DNA of 24,731 nt from Bdellovibrionota bacterium (GTDB lineage: Bacteria > Bdellovibrionota_C > UBA2361 > JBGSMV01). Numbering within the stretch: position 1 is the stretch's first letter; the number at the start of each line of letters is the position of its first letter. This document shows positions 1 through 8,341 of the stretch, piece by piece. The notes beneath the pieces were generated by a model. That model ran no database searches, was not told where the DNA came from, and saw nothing but the letters and a program-made list of their open reading frames with translations. A program made the translations under genes and the position numbers. The stretch spans positions 1-24,731 of the forward strand of contig JBIKWF010000062.1 of the NCBI GenBank assembly GCA_044356455.1. The letters are read 5' to 3'.

Positions 1-247
1 CCGCACGATCTTTGAAGCTACCCCGTGGTGGCGATTTGAAATCAGTCGGGATGTGCGGGAGATCTTTCGGCACGCTGGGGACAGCGCGCCCTACCTGGTG
101 GTGCAGCATCTTGGTAGGGCGCCGGGTCCCTCCGGCGCCGCAAGATCTTTCGCTCTCGCACGTGGCCTGTAGTTGCCCACCTCGCTCAGGCACAAACACA
201 ACCTCTCATGGGTGCTCCGAAGCAGTTGATTCGGCACGCCGGGGCGT
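1..247. repeat. GTAG-type REP doublet array (family A), truncated at window edge
   Basis: Inverted pair agatctttcggcacgctggggacagcgcgccctacc (60-95) and ggtagggcgccgggtccctccggcgccgcaagatct (113-148), plus partial copies at 1-12 and 232-244. The same units occur near 5.3, 11.4 and 13.1 kb. Confidence 0.85.
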
Positions 248-271
248 GTTCCGTCTCTCTTCCAACTTTGA

Positions 272-1402
272 TTACGGTTGAGCAGGAGTAGGATAATCTG
301 TGAGATTCCCGTTCTTTACGATGAAGAGCTTTTCATTAATTGAGCGAACGGCACCGTCGGGGTCAAACGTGATGTTCCCCGAAAGGCCAGGATAATTCTT
401 GGTCTTCAAGAGGCATTCGCGCATCTTCGATGTTGAGAGCTCGCGGCTCTCCTTCATCGAAGTTCGCAGGCAGGTAATGAGAATTTTCCCGAGGTCATAG
501 GCGGGGACTGAGGCAAGCTCAAGGGCGGGGGCACGTCCCGTTCGGGCACGGTAACGCACGAGGAAATCATTGAAAGCTGAATCCCGCGGCGCTGTCCACG
601 AGGATACTTTGATGCCCTCAATCTCATTTCCAGCCAACTTCTGAAATCCTGGGCTTAGTACTGAGCCAACTCCGTACCACTGCAAGCTGAGTTGTAAGTC
701 GCGGGCTTGCTTTAAGGCCGTGCCCATCTGGTCATTTCCAAGGAGTATGCCAGCTTCCAGGGACCTCTGCTTGGCTCGAAGAAGGTTTGGTTTATAGTCA
801 GTCGCTGAGGAGGGAGTGAGTTCCTCAAGAACTTCTATTCCCTTGACCTCGAGGTCCGCCCTTACCCGCGCAGCAATAAGCTGCATCCAACCATCGCTCT
901 CTTCCACTAATAGAAGCACTTTCCGTATGCCTTGTGCAGTGATGTCGTCGACGAATCCCTGAGCGATACTCTCGGTTCGAGTCGCAAGGCAAAGGGTATT
1001 CTGGGGAAGTTTTGCAATCTCATCATTACAGTCGAGGGGGTCAATCACGAGAACGTCATCCTGCAAGGCCTTTGTGGCTGTTGCAAAGATGCCGCCATAG
1101 GTCGAAGCAATCACAATCTTCACACCGTCACTGCTTACAAGCTTCTGATATGCCGACACTGCTTTGGTGACTTGGTACTCATCGTTTTCAACGACCAGTT
1201 CAAGCGGCCGGCCATACACTCCTCCCTCCTGGTTGGCTTCCGCAAAGGCAAGCTCAATAGCAGGGACACTGTCTACTCCTACTACCGCGCAGCTGCCCGT
1301 GAGGGGTCCGGTCCAACCAACGCGAAGAGGGGCGAGGGATTGCGAGTTCCCCGATTGAGCGAGGAATAAAATGAATAGTGGATAAGCAAGGATATGTTTC
1401 AT
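272..1402 (-). CDS. Branched-chain amino acid ABC substrate-binding protein (LivJ/LivK-like, type I PBP)
   Basis: Signal peptide; VGWTGPLTG, GGVYGRPLELVVEND, and C-terminal YPGLSGNITFDPDG motifs. Confidence 0.88.
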   Translation of the reverse strand: MKHILAYPLFILFLAQSGNSQSLAPLRVGWTGPLTGSCAVVGVDSVPAIELAFAEANQEGGVYGRPLELVVENDEYQVTKAVSAYQKLVSSDGVKIVIASTYGGIFATATKALQDDVLVIDPLDCNDEIAKLPQNTLCLATRTESIAQGFVDDITAQGIRKVLLLVEESDGWMQLIAARVRADLEVKGIEVLEELTPSSATDYKPNLLRAKQRSLEAGILLGNDQMGTALKQARDLQLSLQWYGVGSVLSPGFQKLAGNEIEGIKVSSWTAPRDSAFNDFLVRYRARTGRAPALELASVPAYDLGKILITCLRTSMKESRELSTSKMRECLLKTKNYPGLSGNITFDPDGAVRSINEKLFIVKNGNLTDYPTPAQP

Positions 1403-1480
1403 GCCCGGAACGTACCGCGACAGATAACCTTATGCTGGCAAGTGTTTGAGGAGAGTGCTATTTTGAACTAAAGGTGCAAA

Positions 1481-2326
1481 ATGTTAGGTATTCCCCCACG
1501 TTCTGTTGCTGACGCTATTGTCTCGCTCTTTCTTATCGAGCGTGAGCTTACCGCACTCAGCCTTCGCTCTCTTATTTCGGAGCGTTATTTCCCTGTATCT
1601 CTACGTGCGGTTTATAAGGAGCTTGGAAAGCTGCTTGAGCAGGGCATCGTAATTAAAGTGCGGGACTACTATTCCCTGAGCGTTACCTGGATTTTAAACC
1701 TGATAAAACTCTCCGAGCAGCTGTATACGACATCAGTTTCAAAAAAGCCGCGTGTTACGAAGCTGCCGGCCGAGGGGGAAAAGCTAGTCTGGAAATTTCA
1801 CGATCTTCAGCACCTTGATCGCTTTTGGATTCAGCTTCTATTCTTGCTCTTTGAACATTCTACTTCTCGCACCATGTTTGTGTGGGTCCCTTATTTCTGG
1901 TTCGATCTTGTGCATCTTTCAAAGGATTTGGAAGCCCAGGAGGCAATGAAGGTGGCCAAGAATAAGATGTATATGATTCTTGGGAGTAGGACCTTTCTCG
2001 ATCGCTTGCCTACCAAATATTGGTCACGGGAAGTGTATGAGTGGTCGTATGCAGAAGGACCTTTCGAAGACGAGCGCAGTACCTATTACGATGTTATCGA
2101 TGATTGGATTCTTACCGTGAGACTACAGGACTCTACCACGCGAGAGATTCATGCGTTCTTCCAGAAGATTAAATCACGAACAGATCTCGTGCGGGTGCCA
2201 GAATTCGAAAGTATTAAAATTGATGCCCCGGCCGTGGTCACGCTGCAGAGAAGCAAGATGAAGGCAGCAAAGTTCCACGCAAAATTTGCTGATTTTTTTG
2301 GCCTTTCTCGTCCGGGGCGGTCTTGA
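1481..2326 (+). CDS. Hypothetical protein with N-terminal winged HTH, putative transcriptional regulator
   Basis: 281 aa ORF; VSLRAVYKELGKLLEQGIVIKVRDYYSL resembles a wHTH recognition helix and wing; divergent from the SBP gene. Confidence 0.6.
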   Translation: MLGIPPRSVADAIVSLFLIERELTALSLRSLISERYFPVSLRAVYKELGKLLEQGIVIKVRDYYSLSVTWILNLIKLSEQLYTTSVSKKPRVTKLPAEGEKLVWKFHDLQHLDRFWIQLLFLLFEHSTSRTMFVWVPYFWFDLVHLSKDLEAQEAMKVAKNKMYMILGSRTFLDRLPTKYWSREVYEWSYAEGPFEDERSTYYDVIDDWILTVRLQDSTTREIHAFFQKIKSRTDLVRVPEFESIKIDAPAVVTLQRSKMKAAKFHAKFADFFGLSRPGRS

Positions 2327-2362
2327 GGGGGGCGGGACACGCTCTATACGGAAATCCGAAAG

Positions 2363-2794
2363 CTATCCGACTCCATATGGCACCTTGTAGCCTTCAATTG
2401 CAGCGGCACGAGCTAGCCTTTGGTCGAAGGTAATAAAAGTATCTCCTGCCGGATTACCCATGCTTGCCACCAGGGCGGCTGCCAATTGGAGTGCGTCTGC
2501 CGCGCGAAGTGGATGCGTGGCTACCAAACGCGAGGCAAGTTCACGAAGGCTGCTTGATGGTTGGATCTCGTGCCAATTTGCCGAGAGCTCCTCGAGGAGT
2601 TCGAGGGACTGTTCCCGTGCTTGCAAGGTAAGGGCACCCTCTCGGAAACGTCGTCCTATGGCGGTGCGGCACTCAAGGAGAGTGGACCACCAGACCCATA
2701 GCTCGCCGTCCTCCTTTGCGATTTCCACCATCGAAGCAGTCTGGGCTTCCTCGATGATCAGGGGGAGAATCGCGGAGCTGTCCCAAAATTTCAT
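2363..2794 (-). CDS. vapC: VapC-family PIN-domain toxin
   Basis: MKFWDSSAILPL, LRAADALQLAAA, FITFDQRL are PIN acidic motifs; 4-bp overlap with the upstream antitoxin. Confidence 0.92.
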   Translation of the reverse strand: MKFWDSSAILPLIIEEAQTASMVEIAKEDGELWVWWSTLLECRTAIGRRFREGALTLQAREQSLELLEELSANWHEIQPSSSLRELASRLVATHPLRAADALQLAAALVASMGNPAGDTFITFDQRLARAAAIEGYKVPYGVG

Positions 2795-3099
2795 AATTCG
2801 CGATCTCTCTCTTCGATGGCTGCTTGAATTACACTCGCGGAAGATGAGGCGCGAGGACGTTCAAGTAGGGAGGTGAGAGAGTTGCGTTTTCTTCTCGAAA
2901 TCGCCCCGTCAGCTTCAAGTTGAGCGAGGCGTGTATCTACCGACTTGTTTTGGTTGCTGCTCTCATCGCCCCTAAAGAGAGCCACTACGCGTACGAATGG
3001 CCTCTTTCTATCAAAAATGATCACTTCTTCTCCGCGAGCTGCGCGAGCGAGAAGAGCACTTAGGTTGTCTTTAAACTGGGTAATTGTGACCTTCTTCAT
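2791..3099 (-). CDS. Phd/YefM-family antitoxin
   Basis: MKKVTITQFKDNLSALLARAARGEEVIIFDRKRPFVRV is a typical Phd N-terminus; directly upstream of the PIN toxin. Confidence 0.9.
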   Translation of the reverse strand: MKKVTITQFKDNLSALLARAARGEEVIIFDRKRPFVRVVALFRGDESSNQNKSVDTRLAQLEADGAISRRKRNSLTSLLERPRASSSASVIQAAIEERDREL

Positions 3100-3105
3100 A
3101 AGGGT

Positions 3106-3135
3106 ATTATAGCCTTATAGAGTGTGAGGTGTCAA
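3106..3135 (-). promoter_or_regulatory. Consensus sigma70 promoter of the TA operon (likely leaderless)
   Basis: Minus strand TTGACA (3135-3130), 18 nt, TATAAT (3111-3106), 6 nt, then ATG at 3099; no SD. Confidence 0.8.
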
Positions 3136-3152
3136 ACCAGAGCGCTCTGCAA

Positions 3153-3181
3153 TTGACCAATAGCCACTCGTGGGTTAGTTT
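3153..3181 (+). promoter_or_regulatory. Putative sigma70 promoter of the macrodomain gene
   Basis: TTGACC (3153-3158), 17 nt, TAGTTT (3176-3181). Confidence 0.45.
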
Positions 3182-3219
3182 GCTGTGTAATTTCAATGCA
3201 TTAATTGAGTGGAGCATTC

Positions 3220-3705
3220 ATGATTCACGAAGTTTCCGGAGATATTCTTCTTTCAAGTGCACAAGCAATTGCTCATGGAATTGCCCCAAATGATAATTTT
3301 GGCCAGGGGCTCGCCCTTAGTCTGCGTGAACAGTGGCCCGCTCTTTACAAGGATTTCCGTCACTTCTGTCAAACTCGTCATCCGGAGGCTGGCAGTATCT
3401 GGGTCTGGGCGGGAGTTGGCGGGAAAAGAGTAGTGAACCTAATGACTCAGGAAGGATCTTACGAGTCGCACGGAAAGCCAGGAAAGGCGTCGACCTCTCA
3501 CGTGAATCATGCCCTCAAAGAGCTGCATGCCTGGATTGAATCAGAGAAGATTACTTCCATTGCCTTGCCAAAGCTTGCGACGGGAGTGGGGGGACTTGAG
3601 TGGAATGATGTGTATCCGCTCATTAAGAAGCACCTCGGAAGCTCTTCTGCTCAGGTGTATCTCTACACCACGTTCCATAAGGGGCAGAAGGCGGTTGAGG
3701 CTTAG
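3220..3705 (+). CDS. Stand-alone macrodomain protein (TARG1/Poa1p/DarG-macro-like)
   Basis: MIHEVSGDILL, AIAHG, FGQGLA, SIALPKLATGVGGLEW; GGAG SD at 3211-3214 favours ATG 3220 over TTG 3205. Confidence 0.85.
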   Translation: MIHEVSGDILLSSAQAIAHGIAPNDNFGQGLALSLREQWPALYKDFRHFCQTRHPEAGSIWVWAGVGGKRVVNLMTQEGSYESHGKPGKASTSHVNHALKELHAWIESEKITSIALPKLATGVGGLEWNDVYPLIKKHLGSSSAQVYLYTTFHKGQKAVEA

Positions 3706-3825
3706 GGAATCTCTCAAAAAGCCTGCTCTGTGAACTCTGTGGTTGATTTAAATCGTTGAAAAACCACAGAGGGCACAGAGTTCACAGAGAGAAAAAATAA
3801 AATAGCGATGTTTTTCAGAGGTTCC
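3706..3825. mobile_element. MITE family B copy 1 (120 bp)
   Basis: TIR GGAATCTCTCAAAAA...TTTTTCAGAGGTTCC, flanked by TTAG and CTAG; internal ctctgtg/cacagag 9-bp-periodic palindrome; homologous to 9043-9172 and 14678-14806. Confidence 0.8.
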
Positions 3826-3830
3826 CTAGC

Positions 3831-5195
3831 TTACCAGGCGGCTTTGAATAATCCGCCAAGCCCCTTGCCGCCCATCATGTTCATGAGTCCGCCCATGCCC
3901 ATTTTGGAGAGCTTGCTCATCATCTTTTTCATTTCAGTAAACTGCTTGAGCAGCCGGTTTACTTCTTCAACGCTGCGGCCCGAACCTTGAGCAATGCGCC
4001 GGCGTCTGCTTCCGTCGATGCAGGCGTGATTGTCGCGCTCTTTTTTTGTCATCGAGAGAATGATTGCCTCGATGTGTTTCATTTCTTTCTCTGCTTTTTC
4101 TGGATCTACATCTTTCATCATCTTGCCCATGCCAGGAATCATGGAAGCAAGAGATGAGATGCTACCCATGCGCCGCACCATGCGCATTTGATCAAGGAAG
4201 TCCTGCAGAGAAAATTCATTCTTCTTGAATTTCTTCTGCATCTCCATAGTCTCTTCAAGAGAGACTTCTTTTACGGCCTTTTCAATGAGGCCCATGACAT
4301 CTCCCATGCCAAGAATGCGGGAGGCCATGCGGTCCGGATGGAACACCTCTAAAGCGTCTGACTTTTCTCCGACGCCGATAAACTTAATCGGGCGCCCGGT
4401 GACGGCGCGCATAGAAAGCGCAGCTCCGCCTCGCGCATCGCCATCAAGTTTGGTGAGAATAAGCCCATCAATTTCAAGAGCCTCGTCAAAGCCTTTTGCG
4501 ACATTAACCGCTTCTTGGCCTGTCATGCCGTCGGCCACGAGTAGAATCTCGTGCGGCTCAATTGCGTTCGAGATTTCCTGGAGCTCTTTCATGAGCTCGC
4601 CGTCGATCTGTAGCCGTCCCGCGGTATCTAGAATCATAGTGTCGTACGCATGCCCCTGGGCGTATTGCAGGGCTTGTTTTGCGATATCGACAGGATCTTG
4701 ATCCGCGCGGGAGTCAAAAACGGTGACGTCGAGTTTCTTGCCAAGGGTCTTTAGTTGTTCAATTGCCGCGGGACGATATACGTCGGCGGGGACAAGAAGA
4801 GGGCGGCGCTTGTAGTCCTTCTTAAGAAGAGCCGCGAGTTTAGAGCAGGTCGTGGTTTTACCAGAACCCTGAAGTCCTACGAGCATGATGATAGCAGGGG
4901 GCGCGACTTTCAGGTTCAGCTCAGCCGCGGCTTCTCCCATAGTCGTGACAAGTTCGTCATGTACTATCTTTATTACTTGCTGGTCGGGCGAGAGGCTTTT
5001 TAAGACATCTTCGCCAACGGCCTTAACCGCGACGCGGTCGCAGAATTCTTTTGCGACTTTAAAATTAACGTCGGCCTCAAGCAGCGCCATGCGCACGTCT
5101 TTCATCGTGGCTTCGATGTCTTTCGCGGTGAGAGAACCGCGTCCGCGAATCTTCTTTAGTGCGCTTTCTAGTTTTCCATGGAGTGAATCAAACAT
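3831..5195 (-). CDS. ffh: Signal recognition particle protein Ffh
   Basis: ALLEADV, GLQGSGKTT, DTAGR, TKLDGDARGGAALS, RILGMGD, and a Met-rich M domain. Confidence 0.98.
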   Translation of the reverse strand: MFDSLHGKLESALKKIRGRGSLTAKDIEATMKDVRMALLEADVNFKVAKEFCDRVAVKAVGEDVLKSLSPDQQVIKIVHDELVTTMGEAAAELNLKVAPPAIIMLVGLQGSGKTTTCSKLAALLKKDYKRRPLLVPADVYRPAAIEQLKTLGKKLDVTVFDSRADQDPVDIAKQALQYAQGHAYDTMILDTAGRLQIDGELMKELQEISNAIEPHEILLVADGMTGQEAVNVAKGFDEALEIDGLILTKLDGDARGGAALSMRAVTGRPIKFIGVGEKSDALEVFHPDRMASRILGMGDVMGLIEKAVKEVSLEETMEMQKKFKKNEFSLQDFLDQMRMVRRMGSISSLASMIPGMGKMMKDVDPEKAEKEMKHIEAIILSMTKKERDNHACIDGSRRRRIAQGSGRSVEEVNRLLKQFTEMKKMMSKLSKMGMGGLMNMMGGKGLGGLFKAAW

Positions 5196-5201
5196 AGGCG
5201 T

Positions 5202-5229
5202 AGTATAGGGGCTTGGTGGGCGAGGTCAA
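5202..5229 (-). promoter_or_regulatory. sigma70 promoter of ffh (likely leaderless)
   Basis: Minus strand TTGACC (5229-5224), 16 nt, TATACT (5207-5202), 6 nt, then ATG 5195; no SD. Confidence 0.65.
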
Positions 5230-5306
5230 ATCTTGCGCGAGGGGGCGACAAGAAGCGACAACGGGAATCTGAATCGGCACGTCCTGCCCATAAGCCCGCA
5301 TCACCA

Positions 5307-5540
5307 GGTAGGGCGCGCCGTTCCGCCTCTGCCAGTAGGCGACGGCGCGACGCGCGCCCCGGCGTGCCGAAACAATTGCCGCAGGGCATCCATGGACGGT
5401 TGCTTTGCCGTAATCAGCGAAGGGGAAGTACAGGCTACGTGCCGGTATGAGAGATCTTTCGGCACGCTGAGGACAGCGCGTCCTACCTATTGGCGCGGCA
5501 TCTAGGTAGGGCGCCCTGTCCTCAGGGCGCCGCAAGATCT
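5307..5540. repeat. REP doublet array (family A), with a 35-bp insert in the first REP
   Basis: ggtagggcgcgccgt[insert 5322-5356]ccccggcgtgccg, linker, then an inverted pair at 5452-5540. Confidence 0.85.
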
Positions 5541-5625
5541 CTCTTGCCGACACCTGCTAGGTTTTTATCCGCCCCACAGATTACGCCATTGCTACAAACA
5601 TCACAGTTTGTGTTATATCCACCGA

Positions 5626-6321
5626 ATGATTCGTCTTGCTGATGTATTAAAAGATCTTGTTGATAAAAACCCGCTCCTGCAGTCAGGCCTTAGGCACCGG
5701 CTGCTTAATCTTACGCAGCTGAGCAAGTTTATTCGCCCCCAAATTGAGGCGCGTGCCAAGAAAGAGGCAAGCGAGGCGGCAATACTTATGGCGCTTTCTC
5801 GCCTTCAACAGTCCTTTGGTGAGATACCAAAATCTGAGGCAGAAAAAAAGTCAGGCGGCGTCTCGAGTGCTGATATTCACGTCGATAATATTTCGATTAA
5901 TGCTCAGCTCTGTGCCTTGAGCTTTCATAATTCTATAGAAGTGAATCGCGGGCTCAATTCTCTCTATAACCGCGTGCACCGCAAATCTGGATTCATCACC
6001 ATTACGCATGGGATGCAGGAGATTCGGGTTATCTTAGAAAGAGTCTCACTTGCGCTCGTGAAGGAGTGTGTCCCCGAGAAGCCGCTGATGAGCCATCAGC
6101 ATCTTGCTTCTTTAGGCGTGAGTTTTAAGAAAAATTACCTTGAGACCCCCGGATTTTTCTACCTCATGTTTCAGCAGCTCTATTTTCAGAACATCAATGT
6201 CGTGGAAATTGCCTCTACGGCGAATGAGCTTCTTATCTATGTACATGAAAACGACGTGCGTCTGGCGTTTGATACGCTCTATAATCGATTCTTGTTGGGG
6301 CAACGGGGGACTGCAAGCTAA
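5626..6321 (+). CDS. ACT-domain protein with N-terminal HTH-like region, putative amino-acid-sensing regulator
   Basis: N-terminal LLNLTQLSKFIRP...SEAAILMALSRL; C-terminal ETPGFFYLMFQQLYFQNINVVEIASTANELLIYV resembles aspartokinase-type ACT; no kinase domain. ATG 5626 preferred. Confidence 0.65.
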   Translation: MIRLADVLKDLVDKNPLLQSGLRHRLLNLTQLSKFIRPQIEARAKKEASEAAILMALSRLQQSFGEIPKSEAEKKSGGVSSADIHVDNISINAQLCALSFHNSIEVNRGLNSLYNRVHRKSGFITITHGMQEIRVILERVSLALVKECVPEKPLMSHQHLASLGVSFKKNYLETPGFFYLMFQQLYFQNINVVEIASTANELLIYVHENDVRLAFDTLYNRFLLGQRGTAS

Positions 6322-6334
6322 AGAATTGATGACA

Positions 6335-7516
6335 TTACGCTGCAACAAGAGTATTCGGCTCCGCTAGAAGCACACGCCCAGTGGCCTCCGCCACTCTGTC
6401 CAGATCCTCATAAGAAATCACCAAAGGAGGTAAGTAGCGTATCACCGTGGGGCCCGCAGGAATGGCCAAAACACCTTCATCGCTTAAGGCTTGAATATAA
6501 CTGGTAGATTTTTCTTTAAGCTGCAGCCCTACCATAAGTCCAAGGCGACGAATTTCTCGGACCTTGGGGGACTTAAGCGCAAGCAACTTCTCGGCGAAGT
6601 AGGCACCTTTCTTCTCGGCTGCTTCAGCAAGCTTTTCATCAAGCATAAAGGTAAGGGCAGCAAGCCCGGCTGCGCATGCCAAAGGACAGCCGCCAAAGGT
6701 AGTGCCGTGGGCGCCTACTTCTACTTTAATTTTGTCTGAGCAAAGCGTGGCTCCCATAGGGACTCCGCCTGCCATGGATTTTGCGAGGCACAAGATATCT
6801 GGCTCAAGACCAAAGTGCTCACAGGCGAACATTTTTCCCGTGCGGCAGAAGCCCGTCTGGATTTCATCAACAATAAAAAGCGCCCCGCGTTCGCGGCAAA
6901 GGTCTTGGGCCGCTTTAAAATATTCCTGCTCGCCTACGTAGACGCCGCCTTCACCCTGCACAATTTCGAGCATGACTCCGGCGGTGTGTTCATTGATGGC
7001 GCCTGAAAGTGCCTCAATACTTCCAAAGGGCACATGCACAAAGCCATCGACAAGGGGACCAAAACCATCGCGGTACTTTTGATTATGGGTAGCTGAAAGC
7101 GCACCGAGAGTTCTTCCGTGAAAACCTCTTACTGCGCAGATAAAGTTGGGTCTCCCTGTGCTCACTCGCGCAAATTTAATTGCCGCCTCAACGCTTTCTG
7201 CACCGGAGTTGCAAAGAAACACTTTGCTTAAGGGGGCAGGGGCGATGCTTATCAGCTTCTCCATGAGGCGAGAGCGCACGTCGTGCTGAAAAATGCCTGT
7301 GCAGGTGATGAGACGTGCAGCTTGTTCTTGAATAGCTTTCACGACGGCAGGATTGCAGTGCCCTACATTGACGGACCCTGCTCCTGCTGCGCAATCAATA
7401 TAACGCTTCCCTGTGTCATCCCACACATGCGCGCCAAGGCCACGCTCAAGGGTAAGGGCTCTTTTGGGAAAGAGGGGCAGCTCGTATCGATTCGAAAGTT
7501 CAGTGGCCTTATTCAT
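6335..7516 (-). CDS. lysJ: [LysW]-aminoadipate semialdehyde transaminase (class III PLP, LysJ/ArgD family)
   Basis: NSGAESVEAA, FHGRT, DEIQTG, LAKSMAGG, HGTTFGG; last gene of the lysW operon. Confidence 0.88.
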   Translation of the reverse strand: MNKATELSNRYELPLFPKRALTLERGLGAHVWDDTGKRYIDCAAGAGSVNVGHCNPAVVKAIQEQAARLITCTGIFQHDVRSRLMEKLISIAPAPLSKVFLCNSGAESVEAAIKFARVSTGRPNFICAVRGFHGRTLGALSATHNQKYRDGFGPLVDGFVHVPFGSIEALSGAINEHTAGVMLEIVQGEGGVYVGEQEYFKAAQDLCRERGALFIVDEIQTGFCRTGKMFACEHFGLEPDILCLAKSMAGGVPMGATLCSDKIKVEVGAHGTTFGGCPLACAAGLAALTFMLDEKLAEAAEKKGAYFAEKLLALKSPKVREIRRLGLMVGLQLKEKSTSYIQALSDEGVLAIPAGPTVIRYLPPLVISYEDLDRVAEATGRVLLAEPNTLVAA

Positions 7517-7528
7517 AAAGGGCGCCCA

Positions 7529-8332
7529 TTATTGAATAGTTGTGCCGCGTCCCGCCAATGCGTCCTCTATCGGGTGTGCTCCGCGGCCGTCCGCTAGTAT
7601 GACTCGGGGCGAGCCACTTTCAAAGAGCTTCCTGATGCCCATGATTTTTCTCCGCATGCGGCCTTGCACGCGCTCTTCCCAGCTTGGGAGGGTCTCTTTC
7701 TCGATGCGCGAGACGAGTGATTCTGGGTTTGCACGGTCGGAGAGGAGGCCGGGTGCTTCGATAAACTGAAGTATCGTAGAGGCATTGAGGGAACGGTGCA
7801 GGAGAGCCACGACATCGTCGTTGTCTGTATTAATCGCCCTGCCATCCGCATCAATAATAGGCACTGAGATTACGGGGGTGTATCCCGCCCCTAGAAGGAG
7901 CTGAAGGAGGCTCGTATTTACCGCTTTGGGCTTTCCGGAATTGTCCCTCACAATGAGGGTTTTCCCATTCTCTCGCACGCGAATCGCGCTATTTCGTTCG
8001 CCTTCAATGAGGCGGCCATCGATTCCTGAGAGGCCAAGTGCGTTAATGCCGTGGATTTGGCAGAGCTCTACGAGGCGCTTATTCCTAAGACCCGCGTAGG
8101 CCATCATCATCAGGTCAATCATCTCGTCATCTGAATGGGTGCTCGTTACCCCGCTCACTGAGGTAAGCGTGCGGAGGGGAATATTCAGGCGTTTGGCGAG
8201 GTCATCTCTTAGGGCGTTGGCGCCATGGACCAGAATCATAGGGCCGGCGCCTTTTTTCTGCTGCTCGGCGAGATCTGCAACTATTGCCGGGAGATTTATG
8301 GCGCTTCCGCCGCCAAGCTTTACTATCATCAT
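7529..8332 (-). CDS. lysZ: [LysW]-aminoadipate kinase (LysZ/ArgB family)
   Basis: IVKLGG, LVHGA, TSVSG, GLSGIDG, INTDND, GRMRRKI; lysW context. Confidence 0.9.
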   Translation of the reverse strand: MMIVKLGGGSAINLPAIVADLAEQQKKGAGPMILVHGANALRDDLAKRLNIPLRTLTSVSGVTSTHSDDEMIDLMMMAYAGLRNKRLVELCQIHGINALGLSGIDGRLIEGERNSAIRVRENGKTLIVRDNSGKPKAVNTSLLQLLLGAGYTPVISVPIIDADGRAINTDNDDVVALLHRSLNASTILQFIEAPGLLSDRANPESLVSRIEKETLPSWEERVQGRMRRKIMGIRKLFESGSPRVILADGRGAHPIEDALAGRGTTIQ

Positions 8333-8341
8333 AACGACTAC

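Noticed and set aside
12..281. Short ORFs over REP arrays (12-281, 5168-5553, 13018-13534)
   Set aside because: They are translations of GC-rich repeats; their mutual similarity comes from the repeat itself.
3220..3705. DarTG toxin-antitoxin system
   Set aside because: No DarT gene, no DarG C-terminal domain, and the catalytic Lys appears absent.
4225..5208. Antisense ORFs overlapping ffh, and similar ones over other long genes
   Set aside because: Shadow frames of well-supported genes.
5196..5306. SRP RNA gene next to ffh
   Set aside because: No recognisable SRP helix-8 motif; the region is promoter plus repeat flank.
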